The position numbers and the translations under genes are program-made. Under the pieces are notes generated by a model. That model did no database searches and was not told where the DNA came from. It was given only the letters and a program-made list of their open reading frames with translations. A DNA stretch of 63,184 bases from an uncultured Actinomycetota bacterium (lineage in GTDB: Bacteria > Actinomycetota > Humimicrobiia > Humimicrobiales > Humimicrobiaceae): assembly GCA_964387355.1 (NCBI GenBank), contig CAYLWJ010000104.1, positions 1-63,184 of the forward strand, written 5' to 3'. Shown here piece by piece: positions 7,426 through 16,982 of this stretch. How positions within the stretch are numbered: position 1 is the stretch's first letter; every line of letters begins with the position of its first letter.

Positions 7426-9714
7426 TTGAAAATATTACTAGTTAATGGTTATAGCTATTTAGGTAAAAATATTGCAGAAAAACTAATAAATCTAAAGCAT
7501 GAGATAACCATTATTGACCTTCTTTCAAAAGGAAGAAAAGGACCAATTCGTATTGGCCATAAGTTTTTTAATATTAGTCCTTATAGTCCTGAGTGCGAAA
7601 AAGTTTTTGAATCATCAAGATTCGATGCGGTAATTTACATTTCAGAGACACTAACTGAAAATTGTAATTTAAAAAATTTAGATAATTATTCAGGGTTAAA
7701 CAATATTTTAAATTGTTCTGCAAAAAGTAAAATTAAAAAGTTTATTCTTCTGGTTTCTTATAAAATTTATGGAAGTGTTAAAAATCAGATTGCCTTTGAA
7801 ACTGACAAACCAAAACCGTTAAGCAAAGAAGGCTTGTCTGATAATGTTCGTGAATATTATGTAATGAAATCTGCTCAAATCAATAATTTTTCTATATGTT
7901 TGCTTAGGATTGCGGAATTTTATGGGGCTTATGATGACTATTTCTGTATAGAAAAAGGCAATTTAAAAACAAATTTAGTTTTCAATTTTATAAATGATGC
8001 ATTATTAAATGGAAAAATTATTGTTGAAGATAAAAATAAGTCTTTAGATTTTATTTATATTGAAGATGTTGTTGAGGCAGTAGCAAATGCTTTAACAAAT
8101 AAAAACTGCAGTGGCATTTATAACATCTCAACAGGCTTAGCAACCTCTTTGTATGATTTAGCAAATTTAATTATACAGCAAATAAAAACTAAAAAAGTTG
8201 AAGTTGTATTAAAGCAGTCAAAAAGAATTTTAACTTATGATGAAAATTTGCTAGAAGAAAACTTTTGTTTATCAAATGAGTTATTTAAAAAAGATATTGG
8301 CTGGAATCCAAAAACAAAACTGTCTGATGGGATAGAAAAAACTGTAAAAGGGCAGGTAGAAGTTTTTAATAAAAATAAGTTAGCTAAAAAGAAAAAAAGA
8401 AAACGAAATGATATTGATGTCAAAATAGAAACTTACGATGAGTTAGCATATAGAACAATTAAGCCAAAACCATCAAAAGCGTGGCAAGTTTTGGCTTTTT
8501 TTGAAAATATTATTTTATTTTTAATATTTAGTTTTTTGCAGTGGGGGGATAACTTTTTTAAAATTAATTTACCAGATATACGTCTTGATTATTTAATAGT
8601 TTATATATTATTGGTTGCCATTATTTGGGGACAGGTTCAGGCTTATATAGCAATGATTTTATCTTCTTTTATCTTTGTATTTGTAAATTTTTTACTTGGT
8701 GTTGATATTATTACATTTTTTTATATGCCGGAAAACTTAATTCAAATTGCAATTTATTTAATTATTGGAGTTATTGCTGGTTATTCAATAGAAAGAAAAA
8801 ATAGAGAAATTGAATCAAGGGATAATTTATATGCTAATTTAACCAACAAATACATGTTTCTTTTAAATGTCTATAATCAGACGAAGCTTGTAAAAAAAGA
8901 ACTTGAAAGCCAAATTGTAAATACAGAGGATAGTTTTAGTACTATATATAATATAATACAGGAAGTTAACAGCCTTGAAATAGAATCAGTTTTTTCTGGT
9001 GCAGTTTCAGCAATTGAAAAAATAATGAAGACTGATAAAGTATCAATATACACTATAAACTGGCATAATGGGAATGCAGAGTTTATTAGATTAAAAGCAA
9101 GATCTGTTGCTTTGGCTGATAAAACGCCTAATTCTATTAAAATTTCAGACTTTCCGCAAATTGAGCAAGTTGTAAAAAATAAAAGTGTTTACATTAATAA
9201 AGATTTTAATCCCAATATCCCTGTTATGATAGCTCCAATAATTGATGAAAAGAAAGTTATAGCAATAATTTCAATTCACGATACAGCATTTGAAAATTTG
9301 ACAAAGCATTATGAAAATTTATTTTTAACCATAGTTGGGCTAATCAGTGATGCAATAAAAAGAGCATATTATTTTGCAGAAAGTTTAAAGGATAAAAGAT
9401 ACATAAAGGGCACTAAGATATTAAATGAAGATACTTTTGAAAAAATTTTAAATGAAGTAAAAAAACATAAAGAATCTCTTAATATGAGTTATTCATTATT
9501 GAAAGTAAAACAACAAGCCTACAGCTTAGTTGAAATATCCAATAGAATATCTTCAAGTGTTAGGGATAATGATTATATTGGAATAGGTAAAGATGGAAAT
9601 ATTTATATTCTTTTATCAAATACAAAAAATGATTATGCAAATGTAGTGATTGAAAGATTAAAAGCAAAAGGAATTATTTCTGAGATTGTTCCAGAGGAAG
9701 TATATTATGAGTAA
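7426..9714 (+). CDS. pelD: PelD-like c-di-GMP receptor fused to an N-terminal SDR/epimerase-like domain
   Basis: TTG start preceded by the SD aaggggagagg. The N-terminal ~310 aa have an NAD-epimerase/dehydratase-like pattern (MKILLVNGYSYLGKNIAEKLI, YYVMK = YxxxK). Then come ~4 TM helices, a GAF-like region, and a degenerate-GGDEF-like C-terminus with RDND (RxxD) five residues before GKDGN. It is the first gene of a pelE/A/F/G cluster. Confidence 0.7.
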   Translation: MKILLVNGYSYLGKNIAEKLINLKHEITIIDLLSKGRKGPIRIGHKFFNISPYSPECEKVFESSRFDAVIYISETLTENCNLKNLDNYSGLNNILNCSAKSKIKKFILLVSYKIYGSVKNQIAFETDKPKPLSKEGLSDNVREYYVMKSAQINNFSICLLRIAEFYGAYDDYFCIEKGNLKTNLVFNFINDALLNGKIIVEDKNKSLDFIYIEDVVEAVANALTNKNCSGIYNISTGLATSLYDLANLIIQQIKTKKVEVVLKQSKRILTYDENLLEENFCLSNELFKKDIGWNPKTKLSDGIEKTVKGQVEVFNKNKLAKKKKRKRNDIDVKIETYDELAYRTIKPKPSKAWQVLAFFENIILFLIFSFLQWGDNFFKINLPDIRLDYLIVYILLVAIIWGQVQAYIAMILSSFIFVFVNFLLGVDIITFFYMPENLIQIAIYLIIGVIAGYSIERKNREIESRDNLYANLTNKYMFLLNVYNQTKLVKKELESQIVNTEDSFSTIYNIIQEVNSLEIESVFSGAVSAIEKIMKTDKVSIYTINWHNGNAEFIRLKARSVALADKTPNSIKISDFPQIEQVVKNKSVYINKDFNPNIPVMIAPIIDEKKVIAIISIHDTAFENLTKHYENLFLTIVGLISDAIKRAYYFAESLKDKRYIKGTKILNEDTFEKILNEVKKHKESLNMSYSLLKVKQQAYSLVEISNRISSSVRDNDYIGIGKDGNIYILLSNTKNDYANVVIERLKAKGIISEIVPEEVYYE

Positions 9715-10717
9715 TATTTTTAATAATATTTTTAATAATTTATTAAATAATATGTTAAGAGATTTTTTAGATTATAACAGCACTAATTTATTATTGCTTT
9801 GTCTTGCAATTCATAGCTTATTTTGTCTTATTTTCTTTGGTATTAATATTAAGAAAAATGGCTTGCAAGATAGCATATATAAATTTATTATTGTTTTTTT
9901 CCTGCCTATTTTTGGCTTTTTATACTTTGGTATTTCAAATTTAGTAAATAAATTTATTAAAAAATCAGAAGAAAATATTGAAAGCTATTTAAGATATATT
10001 CATCAAAAAGGCCATATTTATTATGAAGAGCCTGTTGATTTTGAAAGTGAAATAAATACAATTCCTCTGATTGACAATCTTCAATTTTCTGATAATAAAA
10101 ATAAAAGGGCTTATCTTCTTTACCTTTTAAAAAAAGACTTTTCTGGACACATTAATGGATTGAAAGAAGCAATTAAAAGTGATGACTCTGAAACTTCTCA
10201 TTATGCTGCAGCAGCTATGATGGAAATAAAGAAACAATTTGAATATTTAATTCAATCACATAAGGAAAATTATGAATTAGATAAGAATAATATACAGAAA
10301 GCAAAACAATATGCAGATGTATTAAGAAAATATTTAAGAAGTGAAATCGCAGACCGTGTTGACTATTTTGAATATTTAAATAAATACTCAGATTTACTTG
10401 CTTTTTTAGTAGAAAATTATAAGTCTGAAGAAATTTATTTTTCAGAAAAAGTTTTAGCTGACTTAGAATTAAATGACTTAAAAAGTGCATATAAATTTTG
10501 TAAGCAGTATTTAGATAGCTTTCCTGACAGTGAAAATGCTTATATTTTATTATTAAAAGTTTTGTGTAAGCTTAAAGATTATGAATCTTTCCGAAAAGAG
10601 TTAAAAAAAATTGAAAACAAATTTAAAAACAAAATCTATGAAGGAAAACTATATGAGATTTTACAATATTGGAAAGATTACTTAAAAGATGAATTAAAAG
10701 GAGCGGAAAGAACTTAA
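9707..10717 (+). CDS. pelE: PelE-like membrane-anchored TPR/helical-repeat protein
   Basis: The ATG at 9707 has an SD (gaggaag) and overlaps the pelD stop (ATGAGTAA); the tracker's TTG at 9686 is the alternative start. There are two N-terminal TM helices and then a helical repeat region. The assignment rests mainly on its position between pelD and the DUF2194 gene. Confidence 0.55.
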   Translation: MSNIFNNIFNNLLNNMLRDFLDYNSTNLLLLCLAIHSLFCLIFFGINIKKNGLQDSIYKFIIVFFLPIFGFLYFGISNLVNKFIKKSEENIESYLRYIHQKGHIYYEEPVDFESEINTIPLIDNLQFSDNKNKRAYLLYLLKKDFSGHINGLKEAIKSDDSETSHYAAAAMMEIKKQFEYLIQSHKENYELDKNNIQKAKQYADVLRKYLRSEIADRVDYFEYLNKYSDLLAFLVENYKSEEIYFSEKVLADLELNDLKSAYKFCKQYLDSFPDSENAYILLLKVLCKLKDYESFRKELKKIENKFKNKIYEGKLYEILQYWKDYLKDELKGAERT

Positions 10718-10720
10718 TTT

Positions 10721-12643
10721 ATGTTTATACGAAGAATTACAGCTGTAATAATTTCAATTGTTATAATAGCATCTGGGCTTCAGTTTTTAAGAAGCCTTGG
10801 AATGTTTAATTTATTAAAAAATGTAAATGCAGAAATTACTCTTGAGCCAGCAAAAAAGCTTAATGCAGCTGAAATTAATAACATAAAGCCTGAAAAGTAT
10901 CTAATTATCATAAATGAAAAAGAGGAAAATAGTAATAAAATTGCAATTCAGTTAGAACAAACTCTTAATTATTTAAAAAAAGATTATGAAGTTATTGATA
11001 TTTTAAGTCAAGCTAGCATTGATAAATTAAATGATTATCAGTATTTAAATAAATTTGATAGTATTTTAATTGCTTTTGAAAGACTGGATAATGTGAAAAA
11101 TTTAAATATTTTTTTAGATTATGTTAAGAGCGGCAAAAGCTTAGCGTTTATTGAGAGACCAGTTGTAGATAAAACTTTTAAAGAAAGCTATACCAATTTT
11201 GGTATAAAACAATACAAGGAAAAATTAAGTGATAGTAAAAGAGGTATAAGAGTTGTTTCTGATATTTTATTTGGTGCAAAGGGATTTGAGACAGATTCTA
11301 ATATGATTATTAATTCTTCAATTATTGTTGAGTTGAAAGACAATGTAAAAATACATTTAACTAGCTATGATAACAACCCACTTCTTTGGGAGAATGATTT
11401 TGGAAGTGGAAAGTTTATATTTTTTAATGGAACAATGCTTGCCTCAAAACAAAACAGAGGGATAATTGTTGCAATTTTAAGTAAATGTAAACCTGATTTT
11501 ATATACCCAATTGCAAATATTAAAATGGTTCATATAGATGACTTTCCTGCGCCTATTCCACAGGGAATAAATGAAGCTATATATAAAGAATTTTCTAGAG
11601 ACATCCCACAGTTTTATAGTGAAATCTGGTGGCCAGAAATGTTAAAGCTTTCAAAAAAATATGACATTAAATACTCTACTTTTATTATAGAAACATATAA
11701 TAACAAAACAAAGCCTCCTTTTGATAAAGGCACAAGCGCTACTATGCGTAACTTAATGATATACGGAAGAGAAATTCTAGCAAATAGTGGTGAGCTTGGA
11801 CTTCATGGTTATAACCATCAGTCTTTAGCACCTAAAGGATTTATAAAACAGAACCTTGGTTATAACTACTGGGAATCAATAGATGATATGAAGGCTTCAA
11901 TTGAAGAATTAATAAGGTTTGTGCATGCTGTTTTTGGCCATTATAAATTACAAGCTTATGTGCCTACTTCTAATATATTAAGTCCTGAGGGAAGAGAAGC
12001 TGTCAAACTTGCAAACCCAGATTTAAAAATTATAGCTTCAGTTTATTTGCCTAATAAAGAAGGAGATGTATATGTTCAGGAGTTTAATATTTCGGAAGAT
12101 AATATAATAGAATTTCCAAGGCTGAGTGCAGGTTATGAAAAAAGCGACAGCACAATGTGGAGTATTTATAATGGCATAAATGCTTTTGGAGTGTTTGCTC
12201 ATTTTGTCCATCCAGATGATGTTTTAGATCCTAGAAGAAATAATAATAAAAGCTGGACTGAACTTTCTAAAGAATTTGAGCAGATTTTAAGTGAAGTTGC
12301 TAATAAATATGGCTGGTTAAAAAGCTATACTATATCTTTAGCCTCTGTCCAGCTTGTAAAATATTTGGAATGTAAGCCTTATATAGATTACAAACAAGAA
12401 GAAAATGTAATTAATATTTATATTGATAATTTTAGAAATGATATTTATTTTATTTTAAAAACAAATAAAGAAATAATTAGTTCAAAGGGCTGTGTCTATA
12501 AAAAGATTTTTAATACTGCAGGTAACAGTGCTGATTTTTTTAACAGAAATAATATTTTAAATTTTAATGTTCAAAGTGATTATCAGGAGCAAGTATATTT
12601 AATTACTGCAAATGAAAATATTTGCTCTTTAAAATACTATTAG
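10721..12643 (+). CDS. pelA: DUF2194-type protein, PelA deacetylase-domain analogue (PelA-DA)
   Basis: 640 aa with an N-terminal signal/anchor. The central region 'VHIDDFPAP...LHGYNHQ...FVHPDD' looks like a polysaccharide-deacetylase-style metal/His pattern. Size and position match the Gram-positive pel operon gene annotated as DUF2194. Confidence 0.6.
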   Translation: MFIRRITAVIISIVIIASGLQFLRSLGMFNLLKNVNAEITLEPAKKLNAAEINNIKPEKYLIIINEKEENSNKIAIQLEQTLNYLKKDYEVIDILSQASIDKLNDYQYLNKFDSILIAFERLDNVKNLNIFLDYVKSGKSLAFIERPVVDKTFKESYTNFGIKQYKEKLSDSKRGIRVVSDILFGAKGFETDSNMIINSSIIVELKDNVKIHLTSYDNNPLLWENDFGSGKFIFFNGTMLASKQNRGIIVAILSKCKPDFIYPIANIKMVHIDDFPAPIPQGINEAIYKEFSRDIPQFYSEIWWPEMLKLSKKYDIKYSTFIIETYNNKTKPPFDKGTSATMRNLMIYGREILANSGELGLHGYNHQSLAPKGFIKQNLGYNYWESIDDMKASIEELIRFVHAVFGHYKLQAYVPTSNILSPEGREAVKLANPDLKIIASVYLPNKEGDVYVQEFNISEDNIIEFPRLSAGYEKSDSTMWSIYNGINAFGVFAHFVHPDDVLDPRRNNNKSWTELSKEFEQILSEVANKYGWLKSYTISLASVQLVKYLECKPYIDYKQEENVINIYIDNFRNDIYFILKTNKEIISSKGCVYKKIFNTAGNSADFFNRNNILNFNVQSDYQEQVYLITANENICSLKYY

Positions 12644-12661
12644 TTTTTAAGGATTTTAAAA

Positions 12662-14164
12662 ATGAAAATTTGTTTACTAATGGAAGGAAGTTATCCATAC
12701 GTAACTGGTGGAGTTTCAACGTGGGCTCAAATGCTTATTGAAAATTTAACAGAACACCAGTTTATTGTGTTTGCCATAGGGGCAGAAAAAAAGTATAAAA
12801 AGCAGTTCAAATATATTTTGCCAAAAAATGTTCTTGAAGTAAAAGAGGTTTTTTTAGATGAAATGCTTAGTCAAATAGGAAGGTATGGTAAAAGGTATAA
12901 ACTGTCAAAAGATTCAGTTAATAATTTAAAAAATTTAATTACAGGGGAAAAGGTTAATTGGGATTTAATTTTTAAGATTTTTTTGGAAAATAAGATAAAA
13001 AATGAAATGGACTTTTTTATGAGTATAAATTTTTTTGATATTTTAAAAGATTCATATGAAGAAAAATACAACACTGCGCCTTTTACTGAGTTTTTCTGGA
13101 CAGTTAGATCAATGCTTGTACCGCTTTTTTTCTTGTTAAAGATAAAAATTCCACTTTCTGATATTTATCATAGCGCTGCAACAGGTTATGCAGGGATTTT
13201 AGGCTCAATGGCTAAGTTCTTATATAAAAAACCTTACATAGTTACTGAACATGGTATTTATTCCAGAGAAAGAGAAGAGGAGATTATTAAATCCAGTTGG
13301 GCAAAAGGTTATTTTAAAGATATGTGGATAAAATTTTTTTATAATGTATGCAGAGCATCTTATGAGTATTCTGATAAGGTAATTACTTTGTTTGAAAAAA
13401 ACAGGCAAATTCAAATTGAATTAGGATGTCCAGAAGAAAAAATGGAAATTATTCCAAATGGAATAAATGTTGAATCTTTTAAGGAAAATTTTAATGAGTT
13501 AGACAAAAAAGAAGAAAATAAAATTTCTAATGAATTAATAGGAACTGAAGATAAACATATGCTAGACTTGATGCTTTTAAACAAAGAAAAAAGAACAGAA
13601 TTTATAAATATTGGCACAATTACAAGAATAGTGCCGATAAAGGATATTAAAACTATGATTCAAAGCTTTAATATTGTTCAGAGCGAAATTAAAAATTCTC
13701 GGTTTTTTATAATGGGCCCTAAAGATGAAGATGAAGAATATTTTGATGAATGTGTTAGACTCTCACAAAGACTTGGACTTAAAAATCTAGTATTTACTGG
13801 TAAAGTTGATACAAAGAAATATATTCATTTAATGGATATTATGGTTTTGACCTCAGTAAGTGAAGGTCAGCCGTTTTCTATACTTGAAGCTATGGCAGCT
13901 AAAAAACCAGTTGTTACAACTGATGTTGGCGGCTGTATGGAGCTTTTATATGGGAGGAATGATGGTTTTGGAAAAGCTGGTATTGTTGTGCCTGTTATGG
14001 ATATTGAAAAAATAGCTCGTGCAATAATAACGCTTGCAAAAAACGATAAGCTTAGAAAAATCATGGGAGAGAGTGGAAATAAGAGGGTTAAAAATTTGTA
14101 TACTTTTGAAAAATGTGTTGAAAGTTATAAAAAAGTATATGAGATGTATTTAAAAAAGCAGTAA
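12662..14164 (+). CDS. pelF: PelF glycosyltransferase (DUF3492 N-terminal domain + GT4)
   Basis: The N-terminus 'KICLLMEGSYPYVTGGVSTWAQMLI' is close to the PelF/DUF3492 start. The C-terminal GT4 motif is 'SVSEGQPFSILEAMAAKKPVVTTDVGG'. Confidence 0.85.
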   Translation: MKICLLMEGSYPYVTGGVSTWAQMLIENLTEHQFIVFAIGAEKKYKKQFKYILPKNVLEVKEVFLDEMLSQIGRYGKRYKLSKDSVNNLKNLITGEKVNWDLIFKIFLENKIKNEMDFFMSINFFDILKDSYEEKYNTAPFTEFFWTVRSMLVPLFFLLKIKIPLSDIYHSAATGYAGILGSMAKFLYKKPYIVTEHGIYSREREEEIIKSSWAKGYFKDMWIKFFYNVCRASYEYSDKVITLFEKNRQIQIELGCPEEKMEIIPNGINVESFKENFNELDKKEENKISNELIGTEDKHMLDLMLLNKEKRTEFINIGTITRIVPIKDIKTMIQSFNIVQSEIKNSRFFIMGPKDEDEEYFDECVRLSQRLGLKNLVFTGKVDTKKYIHLMDIMVLTSVSEGQPFSILEAMAAKKPVVTTDVGGCMELLYGRNDGFGKAGIVVPVMDIEKIARAIITLAKNDKLRKIMGESGNKRVKNLYTFEKCVESYKKVYEMYLKKQ

Positions 14165-14227
14165 TATGACAAGATTTAAATTAAATTAAATTCAATAAAA
14201 TAAAATAAAAAAAATTAGGGAATAATA

Positions 14228-15676
14228 ATGGCAGGTATTGGATTTGAACTAAAAAAATTATTTAAACCTACTGGGTTTTTGTCAAAAGTTCGCGCAATAG
14301 CATATTCAGCTCTTGTTTCACTTGGACCGTTTATTTTATGCACTGCGACAATAGTAATCCTTATAATATTTTTAAATATAATGAAAATACCTTATAAAGA
14401 GAGGGAACTTTTTATTGCTACAATTGTATATGTATTTATATTTTCTCAGATAATATCAAGTGGATTTAAAATGATTATTACCAGATATATTGCAGATACT
14501 CTATATGAAGAAAACTATAAAGATATTCTTCCATCACTTTCAGGTTTATTAAGTATAGTTGTTTTTATTTCTTCTGTTTGTGCAATAGCTTTTTACTGGT
14601 ATTCGCCTCTGCCTTTTTATATAAAATTTACAAGCTATGTTTTGTTTATTGAGCTTATAATTATATTTATAATGATGGAATATCTTTCAACAGTAAAAGA
14701 TTATATAAAAATAGTAAAAAGTTTTTTATCAGGAGTTATTGCGAGTATTTTATTAAGTTTTATATTCTTAAAATTTACAAATTTAGATACAGTCTTTGGA
14801 CTTCTTCTTGCTTTAGATATAGGATTTTTACTAATTATTTCTTTTTTAACTGGATATTTAAAAAATTTTTATGGAGAGACTGCCAGTAAAAAATATTTTA
14901 ACTTTTTAGAGTACTTTGATAAATTTCCATCACTATTTTTTGTTTCTTTGTTTTACACTTTAGGCCTATATAGTCATAACTTTGTTTTTTGGACAAGCAA
15001 CTTAAGTGTTGTGGTTGCAAATACCTATGTATATGCACCTGTTTATGATGTTCCAACTTTTTATGCTCTTTTATCTATTATGCCTTCAATGGTCATGTTT
15101 GTTGTTTCTACAGAGACGTCATTTTATGAAAAGTATCGAAATTATTATTCTTTAATTACAGGAAAAGGGAATTTTGCAGATATTGAAAATGCTAGAAAAG
15201 ATATGGTAAGGGTTTTATGGTCTGAAGTTAGAAACTTAGTGGAATTTCAGCTTTTCTTTACTTTATTATTTTTAGCTGGAGGCTATTATATATTGCCAAG
15301 GATTGGTCTTACTCAGCTTTCAATTGATATTTTTAACCTTCTTACTCTTGGGGCTTTTATGAATTCTTTAATTTTGGTAATAATTTTACTATTATTATAT
15401 TTTGAAGATAGATCAGGAGCTCTTTTTGTTTCAACGGCTTTTTTAATTTCTAATGTTGTTTTTACTTATTTAACAGTAAATTATTCTGAAAGCGTATATG
15501 GTCTTGGATATTTTGCCTCTACATTGTTTTCTGTAGTAATTGCATTAATAGAGCTTCTAGTATATGTAAAAAATATAAATTACCACACTTTTTGTGGTCA
15601 GCCAATTTTATATAAAGAAAAAAAAGGTATTTTTGGCAAGTTAATAAGCTCTTTAAGTAGGGATAAAAATAATTAA
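14228..15676 (+). CDS. pelG: PelG polysaccharide export membrane protein
   Basis: It starts 'MAGIGFELKKL', essentially the conserved PelG N-terminus (MAGIGFELRK in Pseudomonas). 482 aa with about 12 TM helices. Confidence 0.85.
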   Translation: MAGIGFELKKLFKPTGFLSKVRAIAYSALVSLGPFILCTATIVILIIFLNIMKIPYKERELFIATIVYVFIFSQIISSGFKMIITRYIADTLYEENYKDILPSLSGLLSIVVFISSVCAIAFYWYSPLPFYIKFTSYVLFIELIIIFIMMEYLSTVKDYIKIVKSFLSGVIASILLSFIFLKFTNLDTVFGLLLALDIGFLLIISFLTGYLKNFYGETASKKYFNFLEYFDKFPSLFFVSLFYTLGLYSHNFVFWTSNLSVVVANTYVYAPVYDVPTFYALLSIMPSMVMFVVSTETSFYEKYRNYYSLITGKGNFADIENARKDMVRVLWSEVRNLVEFQLFFTLLFLAGGYYILPRIGLTQLSIDIFNLLTLGAFMNSLILVIILLLLYFEDRSGALFVSTAFLISNVVFTYLTVNYSESVYGLGYFASTLFSVVIALIELLVYVKNINYHTFCGQPILYKEKKGIFGKLISSLSRDKNN

Positions 15677-15916
15677 AAGTTAGAAAAAATTTGATTAACA
15701 TCTAAAATTTTGTGATGAAATTTTGTGATGAAAAGTAAAATAAAAGAAATAAAAAACTGTATCTACTAAGTTTAACTTTAATTTCTATGATATAAATTTA
15801 GAGGCTTCAAATATAGATTATATCTTAATTAAATATTATAAAAAGTATAAAAGAGATTGTGTATTTAGACTAAAATATACGGTAAAATAAAAATGAAATA
15901 AACAGTGAAATAAAAA

Positions 15917-16909
15917 ATGAAACATATAAATAAGCTTTTAATATTTTTCTTTATATTTAATTTAACTATTTTATCATTTTTGTTTTGCAATTCTAAAAAT
16001 TCTACTTTGTATGGAAATTTAGAAACTTCAGATTTAAATTTCTTAAATTTACCTATTGTCAGTATCAAATATTCTGACTCAAATAATATTAATAATAAAA
16101 ACAGTTTTTTAAATTTTAATTTTAGTAAGAAATTTATTTATGTTTTACAATCAATTGATTTTCAAGATCTAAACAAAGAAGATTTTGATATAGCTGTAGT
16201 TGATTGTGATGACAGTAAATTAACTAGCAGGCAAATTCAACTGCTTCACAAACAAAATAAGAAAATTTTAGCTTATTTAAGTATTGGAGAGGCTGAAGAT
16301 TACAGAGATTACTGGCAAAAAGACTGGAAAGTTGGAAACCCGGAGTTTATTGATGAAGAAAATCCTTGTTGGTGTGGAAATTATAAAGTTAAATATTGGT
16401 ATAAGCAATGGCAGGATATAATATTTTCAAAATTGAATCAAATAATTAGTTTAGGTTATGATGGTGCTTATCTAGATTTAGTAGATGCTTATGATTATTA
16501 TAAACAAAGGGGGTTTATTTTAGCTGAGTATAATATGGTAAAATTTGTAATAAGTTTATCAAGAAATGCAAAAAAAATTAATCCTGACTTTTTAATAATA
16601 CCCCAAAATGCTGAAGAATTAGTAAGATATAAGGAATATCTTGCTGCTATTGATGGAATTGGAAGAGAAAGTTTATGGTTTGAAAATGAAAAAAGAATAG
16701 ATTATAAAACAATGAGTAAAATAATTGATTATCTAAATATTGTTAAAAATGATAAAAAACCAGTTTTTGTGATAAATTATTTTGATTATTTAAGTAAAAA
16801 TAAGATAATTGAGTTTCTAATCCTTAGCAAAATTCATGGCTTTATTCCATATATAGGTCCAAAAGACTTAAATACTATATATAATATTGAAGATTTATTT
16901 ATGATATAA
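15917..16909 (+). CDS. GH114-like endo-alpha-1,4-polygalactosaminidase (PelA hydrolase-domain analogue), secreted
   Basis: It has an N-terminal signal/anchor. 'AYLSIGEAEDYRDYWQKDW...GYDGAYLDLVDAY...IIPQNAEEL' is the typical GH114 TIM-barrel pattern. It lies directly downstream of pelG. Confidence 0.7.
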   Translation: MKHINKLLIFFFIFNLTILSFLFCNSKNSTLYGNLETSDLNFLNLPIVSIKYSDSNNINNKNSFLNFNFSKKFIYVLQSIDFQDLNKEDFDIAVVDCDDSKLTSRQIQLLHKQNKKILAYLSIGEAEDYRDYWQKDWKVGNPEFIDEENPCWCGNYKVKYWYKQWQDIIFSKLNQIISLGYDGAYLDLVDAYDYYKQRGFILAEYNMVKFVISLSRNAKKINPDFLIIPQNAEELVRYKEYLAAIDGIGRESLWFENEKRIDYKTMSKIIDYLNIVKNDKKPVFVINYFDYLSKNKIIEFLILSKIHGFIPYIGPKDLNTIYNIEDLFMI

Positions 16910-16982
16910 AAGATTTATTTAAAAGGTATTATTAATTAATAGTTGTCTTAATATAAAAAATAAGAAAAGCTTTTTAATTTTT

